Shown: positions 15,409-22,958 of the stretch, piece after piece
How positions within the stretch are numbered: position 1 is the first letter of the stretch
How the letters are laid out: the number at the start of each line of letters is the position of its first letter
IMG/VR virus record: IMGVR_UViG_3300028805_000019
Location: 1 to 37,489 of that record
Source of the DNA: a virus
Direction: 5' to 3' (one strand)
Length of the DNA stretch: 37,489 bases
The notes under the pieces: generated by a model
Databases searched by the model: none
Told to the model about the DNA's origin: nothing
What the model saw: the letters and a program-made list of their open reading frames with translations, nothing else
Program-made: the position numbers and the translations under genes

Positions 15409-15686
15409 ATCTCATAGATATAGTCCCACTTGTGATAGCCCCCGATAAGGGTCAGCCGCTTGATCTCCTTCTCGGGGATGAAGTAATCATTTTCGGCCTT
15501 CCCGAAGGCGTAGTTCAGAGTACCGAGTTTGTCCCGGTTCGTGGGTTCGATACAACCGGCATCCTGCTTTCGGGAAAGGACATAATCAATCAAGTCCCCG
15601 GTGGTGAATCCTGGTTTAAGGATTGCCCGGAGTTCGCACGTTCCGTCCCCAAACTCCCGGATATGTTCAACTTCAAATGGTCTCAT
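15405..15686 (-). CDS. Hypothetical protein, 93 aa
   Basis: ATGA-coupled ORF with no recognisable motif. Confidence 0.55.
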   Translation of the reverse strand: MRPFEVEHIREFGDGTCELRAILKPGFTTGDLIDYVLSRKQDAGCIEPTNRDKLGTLNYAFGKAENDYFIPEKEIKRLTLIGGYHKWDYIYEI

Positions 15687-15979
15687 AATCGTTCCTTGAT
15701 TTCCTTTGCAGTCATTTCGTAGTATTCAGTAAGTATCTTCTCCTTGATTGGGTCAAGTACCCGCTTGACACTCCCGTAGGACATCCCCAATCTTTTCCCC
15801 AAATCCCGCAGACTTCCGCAGTCGGCGTACAGGAGAATAAGGGTGCGCTCCACTTGGTCAAGCCGATTCAGCACGATTTCCTTTATCCGGCGTACCTTGT
15901 CCGGCTCGGCGTTGAAGATAGAATCGTCTATCTCGAAGTCCTTGCGGATTTCCTTGTAGTCCCGTAGTACATCATTCAT
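15683..15979 (-). CDS. Sigma-70 region 4-like HTH protein, 98 aa (C-terminal half of a split sigma factor)
   Basis: LDQVERTLILLYADCGSLRDLGKRLGMSYGSVKRVL matches the ECF region 4 pattern. Overlaps the upstream ORF as ATGAATGA. Confidence 0.55.
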   Translation of the reverse strand: MNDVLRDYKEIRKDFEIDDSIFNAEPDKVRRIKEIVLNRLDQVERTLILLYADCGSLRDLGKRLGMSYGSVKRVLDPIKEKILTEYYEMTAKEIKERL

Positions 15980-16277
15980 CGGCGAAGTCTTTGTCCGTTA
16001 TGTCGTCTGTCCGGGATGAGAATCGCCGGATGACGGCGTGGTAGGGAGAGCGCGGGGAGCGCAACTGATTGACGATAACCCGTGCCAAGAAGAAGCGGAT
16101 TTGGCCCGATTCCCAAAGGTCTATGATTTTGTCCTCATCGTATTCCAGCAGGATAAGGTAGACCATTTGGCAGAGGTCTTTGAGATTCTGGGATAGGCGG
16201 GTATGGGCGATGTTGCAGACCATCTGCTCCACCACCCTGTCCCGAGCGAGCGCCGCGCCTATCTCCATCTTCGTCAT
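15972..16277 (-). CDS. Sigma-70 region 2-like protein, 101 aa (N-terminal half of a split sigma factor)
   Basis: Start moved to the ATG at 16277. KDLCQMVYLILLEY...IRFFLARVIVNQLRS matches the ECF region 2 pattern. GTCTATTT lies just upstream at 16286-16293. Confidence 0.5.
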   Translation of the reverse strand: MTKMEIGAALARDRVVEQMVCNIAHTRLSQNLKDLCQMVYLILLEYDEDKIIDLWESGQIRFFLARVIVNQLRSPRSPYHAVIRRFSSRTDDITDKDFADE

Positions 16278-16284
16278 TTCGCTA

Positions 16285-16746
16285 TTAAATAGACTTTCCC
16301 TGCATCTTGTCAACTTCCTGCTGGTAATGCTTGATAAGGAGTTGCAGTTCAAACGCGCTCCACTTCTTGGTCATCCGTCCCCTTGCTAATAGCATATCCA
16401 CGCGGTCTTTCCCGATTTTGGCTTCGAGGTTGCGCTGGTAGGCGATAATGTGGTCAGCGGAAAAGCGGTTGCAAAACCTGCACTCCCCGTGTGCGTTTTC
16501 CTCATCGAACCGGGTGGCTTGGTGCGTCCGGGAAATGAAGTGCCCGCAGTCCATTTGCTCAAAGGGTTTGATTTGCCCGCAGGAGATACAACGGAAGTAC
16601 TGATAGTTATACGCAGCCGAATCCCGGAGCCGGATATACAGGGAGAAAACCTTATCCAATTTCCGCACAAGGGCGGCGGTGCTGGGTTTCCTTTCATTGA
16701 TACCCGACTTCGGGGTTTTCGGTTTGCGCTTGATGTAGTAGGGCAT
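16285..16746 (-). CDS. ninG: NinG/Rap-like recombination endonuclease, 153 aa
   Basis: LDKVFSLYIRLRD...CISCG...DCGHFISR...RFDEENAHGECRFCN matches the lambda NinG family pattern. Confidence 0.75.
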   Translation of the reverse strand: MPYYIKRKPKTPKSGINERKPSTAALVRKLDKVFSLYIRLRDSAAYNYQYFRCISCGQIKPFEQMDCGHFISRTHQATRFDEENAHGECRFCNRFSADHIIAYQRNLEAKIGKDRVDMLLARGRMTKKWSAFELQLLIKHYQQEVDKMQGKSI

Positions 16747-16755
16747 TATTCCCGT

Positions 16756-17001
16756 CTACTTTTCCGTTTCAGCGGGTTGTTCGGCAATCGGGAATAGTTT
16801 TTCCATCATCAGGTCTGCGGCCTTCATAGACCATTCTACGGCCTGTTCCGCGGTCATCCCGAGGTTGGGGTTGTGTACCAATCCGAACAGGATGGAGGTT
16901 GCGTACTGCTCTCTTTTTTGGGAGAGGAAACGGAGGATTTGGTTTTTCTTTTCCTCCGGGGTGAGGGGCTTCGGCCCGCTCGGCTTCATAGATTTGTTCA
17001 T
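16756..17001 (-). CDS. Hypothetical protein, 81 aa
   Basis: Clean ORF with an ATG start. Confidence 0.5.
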   Translation of the reverse strand: MNKSMKPSGPKPLTPEEKKNQILRFLSQKREQYATSILFGLVHNPNLGMTAEQAVEWSMKAADLMMEKLFPIAEQPAETEK

Positions 17002-17039
17002 ATCTTGGTAGTTTATCTTGGTAGTTTATCTTGGTAGTT
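17001..17039. repeat. 3 x 13-bp perfect tandem repeat TATCTTGGTAGTT
   Basis: Read directly. Spans the stop of 17026-17337 and the start codon of 16756-17001. Confidence 0.9.
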
Positions 17040-17337
17040 GTTTGATATAAGACGCATCGTCATTGCGCGGGTTTCCCGTCTGCGCATCTTTGGTTGTATC
17101 GGCGAATCCAAGTGCGGCCAGTTCCCGGTACGCGGGGCGTTTACCAAAATTGCGTTCGTGTTCATCCATTTCCATAAGGAGCCGGGCGCGTTCCCGTTCC
17201 CCTCGCAGGAGTTTCTCCGCTTCGCGGGCAAGGCTGGAGATTTCCCGAGCCTGTGCGGGTTGCATCGCCCCGCTGGCTACATCGTCCATCGCGGCGCAAA
17301 GGAAATGAAAGAGAGATTTTTCGTTTACAGGTTTCAT
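17026..17337 (-). CDS. Hypothetical protein, 103 aa
   Basis: Clean ORF, ATGA-coupled upstream. Confidence 0.5.
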   Translation of the reverse strand: MKPVNEKSLFHFLCAAMDDVASGAMQPAQAREISSLAREAEKLLRGERERARLLMEMDEHERNFGKRPAYRELAALGFADTTKDAQTGNPRNDDASYIKQLPR

Positions 17338-17939
17338 AATGTGATAACTTTTGGTTTAATGCTAACTAATGTTCCAGAATTGACCAGCCCGAAATAACGG
17401 GCGAGGAAATCTATTTTCTTGGATAATCCCGACCGATGAATACTTCCAGTCTTACAGATATATTTCCAAACGGCCTGTTCTTCCTCCGTGGGCGGGAACT
17501 TCTTAAAGTCGCGGGTTAATATGGATTCCGTTGTGGCGGGTAAGTAATAATCCCGACATCGGGATGAATAGGCGCGGCAGACAAAACGGAAGGGACGAGT
17601 AGGCGGGATTCCCCAAAACACTATATCTTCAAGTCCAAGCCATTCCCGGAAAGCGCCATCAAGGAACTCACGGAATATATTTCCGGGATTGAAAACCAAG
17701 AAAAGGATTCTTTCGAAGTTATAGGTGATTTCTATATGGTCATAGCCATAAATCTTTTCCCCCCAATAAAAGTCCCTATTACCGAGTATCTCTCTTATTT
17801 TGGGTAGGATTTTCTGCTCAAAAATTTTTCCCGGAATAGCGGCCGGGTGTCCCTCCAGCCACCTATACTCATTAAATCCCCAAACCACTCGCAAGCGGTC
17901 ACCGAGAAAATCTGTTATATATTCCTCAAAAAACTGCAT
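17334..17939 (-). CDS. Hypothetical protein in an AT-rich island, 201 aa
   Basis: Start moved to the ATG at 17939 (MQFFEEYI...). Composition is clearly more AT-rich than the neighbours. About 140 nt of non-coding sequence with a GC hairpin lies upstream. Confidence 0.55.
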   Translation of the reverse strand: MQFFEEYITDFLGDRLRVVWGFNEYRWLEGHPAAIPGKIFEQKILPKIREILGNRDFYWGEKIYGYDHIEITYNFERILFLVFNPGNIFREFLDGAFREWLGLEDIVFWGIPPTRPFRFVCRAYSSRCRDYYLPATTESILTRDFKKFPPTEEEQAVWKYICKTGSIHRSGLSKKIDFLARYFGLVNSGTLVSIKPKVITL

Positions 17940-18081
17940 CTTGAAAAATTTAATCCTTGCGGCGGGAGGGTTTCGTACCTCCACCTCCTCGCGCCCGCCG
18001 AATGAAGTCTCCCAATTTTACCACATAGAACGATTGTTGGGGACGGGCCGGGGTGCTGCATCTGACACCGCGCCGCTTGGA

Positions 18082-18264
18082 TTATTTCGTTAAACTTTGG
18101 AGTTCGTTTTTGGTGTTTAGTAGTTCGGAGCGCAAGCACCCCTGTTCCACGTATCGGTCAATGGTTGCGACCATCTTCTTGGATGCTTTGAGCAGAGCGG
18201 CGTACCGATCACGGAGGACGGAGTTCTCCAGCTCAATCATTGAAGGGTTATTGTATCCGGGCAT
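18082..18264 (-). CDS. Hypothetical protein, 60 aa
   Basis: ORF starts 4 nt after the upstream stop. Confidence 0.45.
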   Translation of the reverse strand: MPGYNNPSMIELENSVLRDRYAALLKASKKMVATIDRYVEQGCLRSELLNTKNELQSLTK

Positions 18265-18267
18265 AGG

Positions 18268-18537
18268 TCAGAAGGGGAGGTCGTTATCGTCTTTCTCGGT
18301 GTGGTGCTGGGCGGGCTGCTGGTCGTACTCTTTGAGTTGCGCCCGGCCAATAAAGCACGGGCCGTCCGTCCTTTCCTCCTTCGGGATGAAGGCAGCGATG
18401 TAGTGGTCGTAGCCGTCCCGGTCTGTCTGCTTCCGGGGGCGAATGATTGCTTTGAGGTACTTCTTGCCGTTTGCGGCGGTTTTGATTCTCTCCTTCGGAA
18501 TATCGGAGAGGCAGATGTCAAGATAAAGGTTTGCCAT
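18268..18537 (-). CDS. Small protein with an SSB-like acidic C-terminal tip (DDNDLPF), 89 aa
   Basis: The C-terminus ...EKDDNDLPF mimics the bacterial SSB D-D-D-I-P-F tip. Lies in the recombination/replication module. Confidence 0.5.
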   Translation of the reverse strand: MANLYLDICLSDIPKERIKTAANGKKYLKAIIRPRKQTDRDGYDHYIAAFIPKEERTDGPCFIGRAQLKEYDQQPAQHHTEKDDNDLPF

Positions 18538-18542
18538 AATTG

Positions 18543-18665
18543 TTATGAATTTGAATTATTGTCTTTTGCCCCGAGGGCGAGTAATACGATGATGGTTACA
18601 AGAGTTCCGCCGATAAGGAGCACCAGCCCCGCGAGGACGGCGAAGATAATTTCTACGAGGTTCAT
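18543..18665 (-). CDS. Possible 40-aa transmembrane peptide
   Basis: Hand-found. The ATG overlaps the upstream stop as ATGA. Translation: MNLVEIIFAVLAGLVLLIGGTLVTIIVLLALGAKDNNSNS. Confidence 0.4.
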   Translation of the reverse strand: MNLVEIIFAVLAGLVLLIGGTLVTIIVLLALGAKDNNSNS

Positions 18666-19018
18666 ACTTCCAGCCAATAGAGTTTGTACCTGCCGTCTGC
18701 GGCCCACTCGGCGCGGAAGGTGTACTGCGGGTATTGTCTTGCGATAATCCTCCGGGCTTCGCAGATTCGCGTGTGGAACTCGCTGGTATCGAACTCGGAT
18801 TCATCCTTATAGGACAGGGTTCGCCCGGCGATGAGTGCGGCCACCACCTTCCGGGTGGAGGAATAGTGGTCGAGGACTTGGGACTGCGCCTGTTTCGCGC
18901 TCCTGCCGTTCAGCAGGAGGTAGATGCGGTCGCAGCGATTGATGACTTGGTTTCTTCTCCCAATCGGGAGGGATTGTGCCGACTTGCGGAGGACGGCGAG
19001 GGCTTCGGTGGTATTCAT
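18662..19018 (-). CDS. Hypothetical protein, 118 aa
   Basis: Start moved to the ATG at 19018 (MNTTEALAV...), 1 nt after the pentapeptide gene stop. Confidence 0.5.
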   Translation of the reverse strand: MNTTEALAVLRKSAQSLPIGRRNQVINRCDRIYLLLNGRSAKQAQSQVLDHYSSTRKVVAALIAGRTLSYKDESEFDTSEFHTRICEARRIIARQYPQYTFRAEWAADGRYKLYWLEV

Positions 19019-19019
19019 A

Positions 19020-19835
19020 TCAGTAATTAATAGCATCCTGTTTATTGATAAAGAAGTGAATCCCGTGAGAGCATTCGTTCCACCTGTTTTCATCGAAAGA
19101 ATCCGGATAAACCATTGCGCCCACCTTATAGAGCAAGTCATTATAGTTCGTATTGATTATCTCATTGATATGCCTATCTTCGTTACCAATCTCTACAATA
19201 TCAAGTACCTTCGCCTTATCGCAGCGGCATTTTTGTGTGGCTGCCGAGCAACGCCGCGCATCCTCTGGTATTTCCAGTTTCACAAGGTAAGCGCTCGATA
19301 AAGATTTCACCTTTTTCCAGCCAATAAAAGACCCATCCGATGGACAGGCGAGTGGGAGATATGGGGTTTCTTTTGCGTCACGGAGGTATGCGCCACGGAG
19401 GTCTGCGCCACCGAGGTATGCGCCACCGAGGTATGCTTCACGGAGGTCTGCGCCACGGAGGTCTGCGCCACGGAGGTTTGCGCCACCGAGGTTTGCGCCA
19501 CCGAGGTTTGCGCCACCGAGGTATGCTTCACGGAGGTCTGCGTCACGGAGGTCTGCGTCACGGAGGTATGCGCCACGGAGGTCTGCGCCACGGAGGTATG
19601 CGTCACGGAGGTCTGCGCCACCGAGGTTTGCGTCACCGAGGTCTGCGCCACGGAGGTTTGCGCCACCGAGGTTTGCGTCACCGAGGTTTGCGTCACGGAG
19701 GTCTGCGCCACGGAGGTCTGCGCCTTTCTCTACCGCTTCGACAAGGGTAGTCTTGATAGTATTATTCTCTTTCTCGAACTCAAAGAGAACCGAACCCGTC
19801 CAGCGGTTCTTGATTTGCAGTTTAATCTTTGTCAT
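19020..19835 (-). CDS. Pentapeptide-repeat protein with a DUF5758-like C-terminal domain, 271 aa
   Basis: About 24 consecutive A(D/N)L(R/G)(G/D) pentapeptides, then GWKKV...LVKLEIPEDARR...ECSHGIHFF. Confidence 0.85.
   Translation of the reverse strand: MTKIKLQIKNRWTGSVLFEFEKENNTIKTTLVEAVEKGADLRGADLRDANLGDANLGGANLRGADLGDANLGGADLRDAYLRGADLRGAYLRDADLRDADLREAYLGGANLGGANLGGANLRGADLRGADLREAYLGGAYLGGADLRGAYLRDAKETPYLPLACPSDGSFIGWKKVKSLSSAYLVKLEIPEDARRCSAATQKCRCDKAKVLDIVEIGNEDRHINEIINTNYNDLLYKVGAMVYPDSFDENRWNECSHGIHFFINKQDAINY
19374..19726. repeat. 15-nt periodic DNA repeat encoding the pentapeptide array
   Basis: Repeating units ggaggtctgcgccac / cgaggtttgcgccac. This explains the spurious repeat ORFs in other frames. 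Confidence 0.9.
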
Positions 19836-20323
19836 TTGATATGAGTGTTAAGGAGTAATTGTCCTGCATAGGATTCCAGCATCGCCCCGGGGGCGGATGC
19901 TTTCAGTTGGGCTTTCCGTTCAGCGGCCCGACGTTCATTGGCCTGCTGCTGGGCGTAGTGCCCTTCGCCGACACAATAGGCTCGGACTGCTTTGTACAGG
20001 CTGGCCACGTTAATTCCGTACATCTCGGTGGAAAGGATGGCCCGGCGAATGGCGTAGCCGATTTCTTCAACGGAGATATTCTTCGTTCCCACTCCGTCCT
20101 CGTCCAGCATTAACTCGGTATACAGGCCGTGCGCGACAAGGGTGAGGTCTGCGGGCTGGTATTGTCTGCCCGTATAGGTGTAGGCCATTGCGACGATACC
20201 CTGCAAGCGGTGCTGGGCCGTTTCTTGGTCAATGGTGGCCAGCCGGGGGAATCGTCTTGAATCGGCCCGCATATCCACAAGGGAAACGTTCTGCGGCTGC
20301 TGGTAGATAGTAACTTCGTTCAT
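19832..20323 (-). CDS. Hypothetical replication-module protein, 163 aa
   Basis: ATGA-coupled on both sides. No recognisable motif. Confidence 0.55.
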   Translation of the reverse strand: MNEVTIYQQPQNVSLVDMRADSRRFPRLATIDQETAQHRLQGIVAMAYTYTGRQYQPADLTLVAHGLYTELMLDEDGVGTKNISVEEIGYAIRRAILSTEMYGINVASLYKAVRAYCVGEGHYAQQQANERRAAERKAQLKASAPGAMLESYAGQLLLNTHIK

Positions 20324-21009
20324 TGCTCGTCGGGTTTAGGGCCAAATATTTCCGCCCATACTCGGGCGTTATGCTCATAGACGGACTCCTGCCGGGGCTG
20401 GGTGTTCACCCTGGGCTGGGTCTTTCGGTTCGCTTCCCAAGTACGGACGGCGGCTTTCCAATCCTTCATCTTGTTTTTCCCGACCATCCAGCCGTTCGCG
20501 GAGTAGTAGTCTATGAACCGCTGCGGGTCTACCGAATTGCCGCGCTCCCGGCAATAGTCCGAAACCTCTTGAATCGTCGGAATAACAAAACGGCCTTTAT
20601 TATTGTTTTCTTCTTTAATACTTGTATTATTATCCGTATTTATTAGGTCGTAATTTTTTGCTGGTCTGCCCACCAATTTTTTGCTGGTCTGCTCCGCAAT
20701 TTTTTGCGAGTCTGCTTCGCAACCATCCAGCACTCTACGGAAGGTGAGGGTCGTTTCGATAAAGCGGTGACGGCCATCGAATCCAGCCCGGCGGAGGTAA
20801 CCTTTCTTGACAAGCGAGGAAACCAACTGCCCGGCCCGGGATGCGCCAACACCCAGCAAGTCAGCGATATATTCATCGGAGAAGTAGCAGGGGTCTCCGA
20901 TAGAGGTGAATGAATCCACCTCCATCAGTAAGACCTTTTCGTTCCAATTAAGGTCGCGGGCTTCCCAAATCTCAATAGGAATCCAAATACCTTTAGTTTT
21001 CCTTTCCAT
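20320..21009 (-). CDS. Replication initiator-like protein (N-terminal winged helix, C-terminal DnaD/replisome-organizer-like), 229 aa
   Basis: WNEKVLLMEVDSF...LVKKGYLRR is HTH-like. PTIQEVSDYC...FIDYYSANGWMVGKNKMKDWKAAVRTW is typical of phage replication proteins. Carries internal iterons. Confidence 0.55.
   Translation of the reverse strand: MERKTKGIWIPIEIWEARDLNWNEKVLLMEVDSFTSIGDPCYFSDEYIADLLGVGASRAGQLVSSLVKKGYLRRAGFDGRHRFIETTLTFRRVLDGCEADSQKIAEQTSKKLVGRPAKNYDLINTDNNTSIKEENNNKGRFVIPTIQEVSDYCRERGNSVDPQRFIDYYSANGWMVGKNKMKDWKAAVRTWEANRKTQPRVNTQPRQESVYEHNARVWAEIFGPKPDEQ
20652..20715. repeat. Three 23-bp-spaced direct repeats AATTTTTTGC(T/G)(G/A)GTCTGC: candidate origin iterons
   Basis: Copies at 20652, 20675 and 20698, inside the linker region of the initiator-like gene. 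Confidence 0.6.
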
Positions 21010-21012
21010 CGT

Positions 21013-21663
21013 TTACAGGATTGCTTGCCCGGCCTGTGCGGCCTTATATCCTTCCACATCTGCGTCGAACTTGGCGATGTCCTCTTGGCTCGGGTTGTAG
21101 TTCTCTATCCAAGTCTGCCGATAATCACCGCCGGACTTCGTGGGCTTACCGCTGGCGTAGGCCCGGACGATAGCCCAATACTCGGAGTTCTGTATCGCAT
21201 CTTTCTTGTGCTGCTGGCGGGTCTTCTTAACTTCGGCGCGGGCTTCATCGTCGGCGGCATCGGGTAAGTCCTCCCCGGCGTAGATGTACAGGCCCAAGCC
21301 GTGCCGGGCGAGGGCTTTGGTGAGTGACCGCTGGATGGCTTTATTGACATCGAAACTTGTCACATCGTCAAGGATAATGGACTGATTCCGGGAGTTCATA
21401 ACCGGGAGGTATTCGATATGCTCCAGCCCGTTAATCGTGACCCCGGTCTTGACCCAAGCCGTCCGGCCATCGGTGTGATAGTTCCACCCCTTGTCATTCT
21501 CGTAGATGGTATAGGTGGCATCGGGGAAATTCTGCTTGCAGATTTGCCAGGCCCAAGCCCAAGAGAGATAAGTAAGAGTTGAGTACCCGGCCTTCTTCTG
21601 CTCGGTGTGGTCATTGCAGTTGATTTCGTTCAATACTGCGAAAACGGATTTCTTTTGTTCCAT
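21013..21663 (-). CDS. Sak/DUF1071-like single-strand annealing protein, 216 aa
   Basis: LTYLSWAWAWQ...YLPVMNSRNQ...NKAIQRSLTKALARHGLGLYIYAGEDLP matches the Sak (Rad52-like) annealing protein pattern. Confidence 0.75.
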   Translation of the reverse strand: MEQKKSVFAVLNEINCNDHTEQKKAGYSTLTYLSWAWAWQICKQNFPDATYTIYENDKGWNYHTDGRTAWVKTGVTINGLEHIEYLPVMNSRNQSIILDDVTSFDVNKAIQRSLTKALARHGLGLYIYAGEDLPDAADDEARAEVKKTRQQHKKDAIQNSEYWAIVRAYASGKPTKSGGDYRQTWIENYNPSQEDIAKFDADVEGYKAAQAGQAIL

Positions 21664-21683
21664 AAGATATGAATGTTAAAGGG

Positions 21684-22064
21684 TTAGTATCTGTTGTATC
21701 CAGCCATTCGGTAGTCACTCCGTGACCCGCCGGGGAGGTGGTCGGGATTCCCGCCGTATTGCCCGCTATTTTTCGATTCTCCGGGCCTTGAATACCGCAT
21801 CGGTATATTTCCCCAAGCGGACGGGTAATGCGTCTCTATGGCGGGTTTCCGCACATCTTGGTGCTCCAGCTGGTCTTTCTGCCCCTGCCGGAAGTCGGCC
21901 ATTGCTTCAAACAGGAAATTGAAGTGGTGCTGCTCCCATTCAAGGGTGTCGTAGTTGAATCGGGCAACGATATAGGAAGGCTCGTTCTCGGCCAGCCATT
22001 CATTCATCGCAGTCTCAAATTCGAGGTCGCTGCGGAATTGGTATCTTGACGGGGCGTAGTTCAT
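21684..22064 (-). CDS. Hypothetical protein, 126 aa
   Basis: Clean ORF, ATGA-coupled upstream. Confidence 0.5.
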   Translation of the reverse strand: MNYAPSRYQFRSDLEFETAMNEWLAENEPSYIVARFNYDTLEWEQHHFNFLFEAMADFRQGQKDQLEHQDVRKPAIETHYPSAWGNIPMRYSRPGESKNSGQYGGNPDHLPGGSRSDYRMAGYNRY

Positions 22065-22585
22065 TTTGCGTGGTTTGCTTTGTGGGTTTCGACTGCCCGG
22101 GAGATATTCTTCTTCCCGGTTTCGGCTTTCTTCATTTCGTAGGCTTCCCGGCGGGCCTGTACGACCTCGGGGAGTTCATCGGATTCCGAACCGCTGGCAA
22201 AGGAGTTCATCTTCATCAGCGCGGAGCGGTAGAACAGGTAGGCTTCCTCGCCCTCCGGGGTAATCTGCTGACCGAGTTCGATAAGGTTATGCAGACCTTC
22301 GAGGGTGTCCCGGAATCGGGCCGGGGAGGAATTAATCAGCAGGGCGTTATTTCTTACCTCCGTGCGGAATCTCTTGAATAACTCCACTTGCTCGGTCATT
22401 CCCGGATAGACGGCTTCCAAGAGGGTGTCCAACACCTTCGTAGTGGTGGAGGGCCGGAAGTCCCCGCCCTTGAAGGGCTTTTCGGGAAGTCGCATTGTGA
22501 TTTCCTCGGTCTGCCGCCCGGCCTTGATAGTGAATACTATCGAGCGCATCCCGTCGGCGTGGGCTATATTGGTGCAGGTTCTCAT
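22061..22585 (-). CDS. Hypothetical protein, 174 aa
   Basis: Clean ORF, ATGA-coupled on both sides. Confidence 0.55.
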   Translation of the reverse strand: MRTCTNIAHADGMRSIVFTIKAGRQTEEITMRLPEKPFKGGDFRPSTTTKVLDTLLEAVYPGMTEQVELFKRFRTEVRNNALLINSSPARFRDTLEGLHNLIELGQQITPEGEEAYLFYRSALMKMNSFASGSESDELPEVVQARREAYEMKKAETGKKNISRAVETHKANHAK

Positions 22586-22791
22586 AAGACAATCTGGAGG
22601 TGCGGGTTGTTAATGGCTTGGATGGTGAAAACGCAAGTGCGGTCGTTCTTCCGTGCGAGGTCTGCAATCTCCTTCGCGGCGTACCCGGCGATGGCGTAGC
22701 AGTCAAGGTTCACAAGGATATTCCCGTTCTTTTCCTCAAAGGAAATGTTATCCGCTTGCCCGGCAAGGATTCTTCGTATCTCGTTTTTCAT
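22582..22791 (-). CDS. Hypothetical protein, 69 aa
   Basis: ATG at 22791; the track start at 22797 is TTG. Confidence 0.5.
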   Translation of the reverse strand: MKNEIRRILAGQADNISFEEKNGNILVNLDCYAIAGYAAKEIADLARKNDRTCVFTIQAINNPHLQIVL

Positions 22792-22793
22792 TT

Positions 22794-22958
22794 TCAATAC
22801 TTTTCAATCCAATGCGTGTTCATCTTAATGAGGGAGATTGCACCTGCGTACAGGAGCGGGAAGGCAACCAGCCAAACGACCCACCAGCGGGCTTTGACGG
22901 AGAGGGCAAGCCCCGCAATGATTGCGAGAACTGCGAGAGTGTTGTAAATCTTTTTCAT
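22794..22958 (-). CDS. Small two-TM membrane protein, 54 aa
   Basis: Hand-found. The ATG overlaps the upstream stop as ATGA and is preceded by the junction motif. Translation: MKKIYNTLAVLAIIAGLALSVKARWWVVWLVAFPLLYAGAISLIKMNTHWIEKY. Confidence 0.5.
   Translation of the reverse strand: MKKIYNTLAVLAIIAGLALSVKARWWVVWLVAFPLLYAGAISLIKMNTHWIEKY

Noticed and set aside
19307-19750. Repeat-rich ORFs (MAQTSVTQTSV... and ...GGLRHRGMRH...) and a regular 15-nt repeat that could be mistaken for a CRISPR array or a satellite.
   Set aside because: There are no spacers and the period is only 15 nt. The repeat is the off-frame and antisense image of the pentapeptide-repeat gene at 19020-19835.
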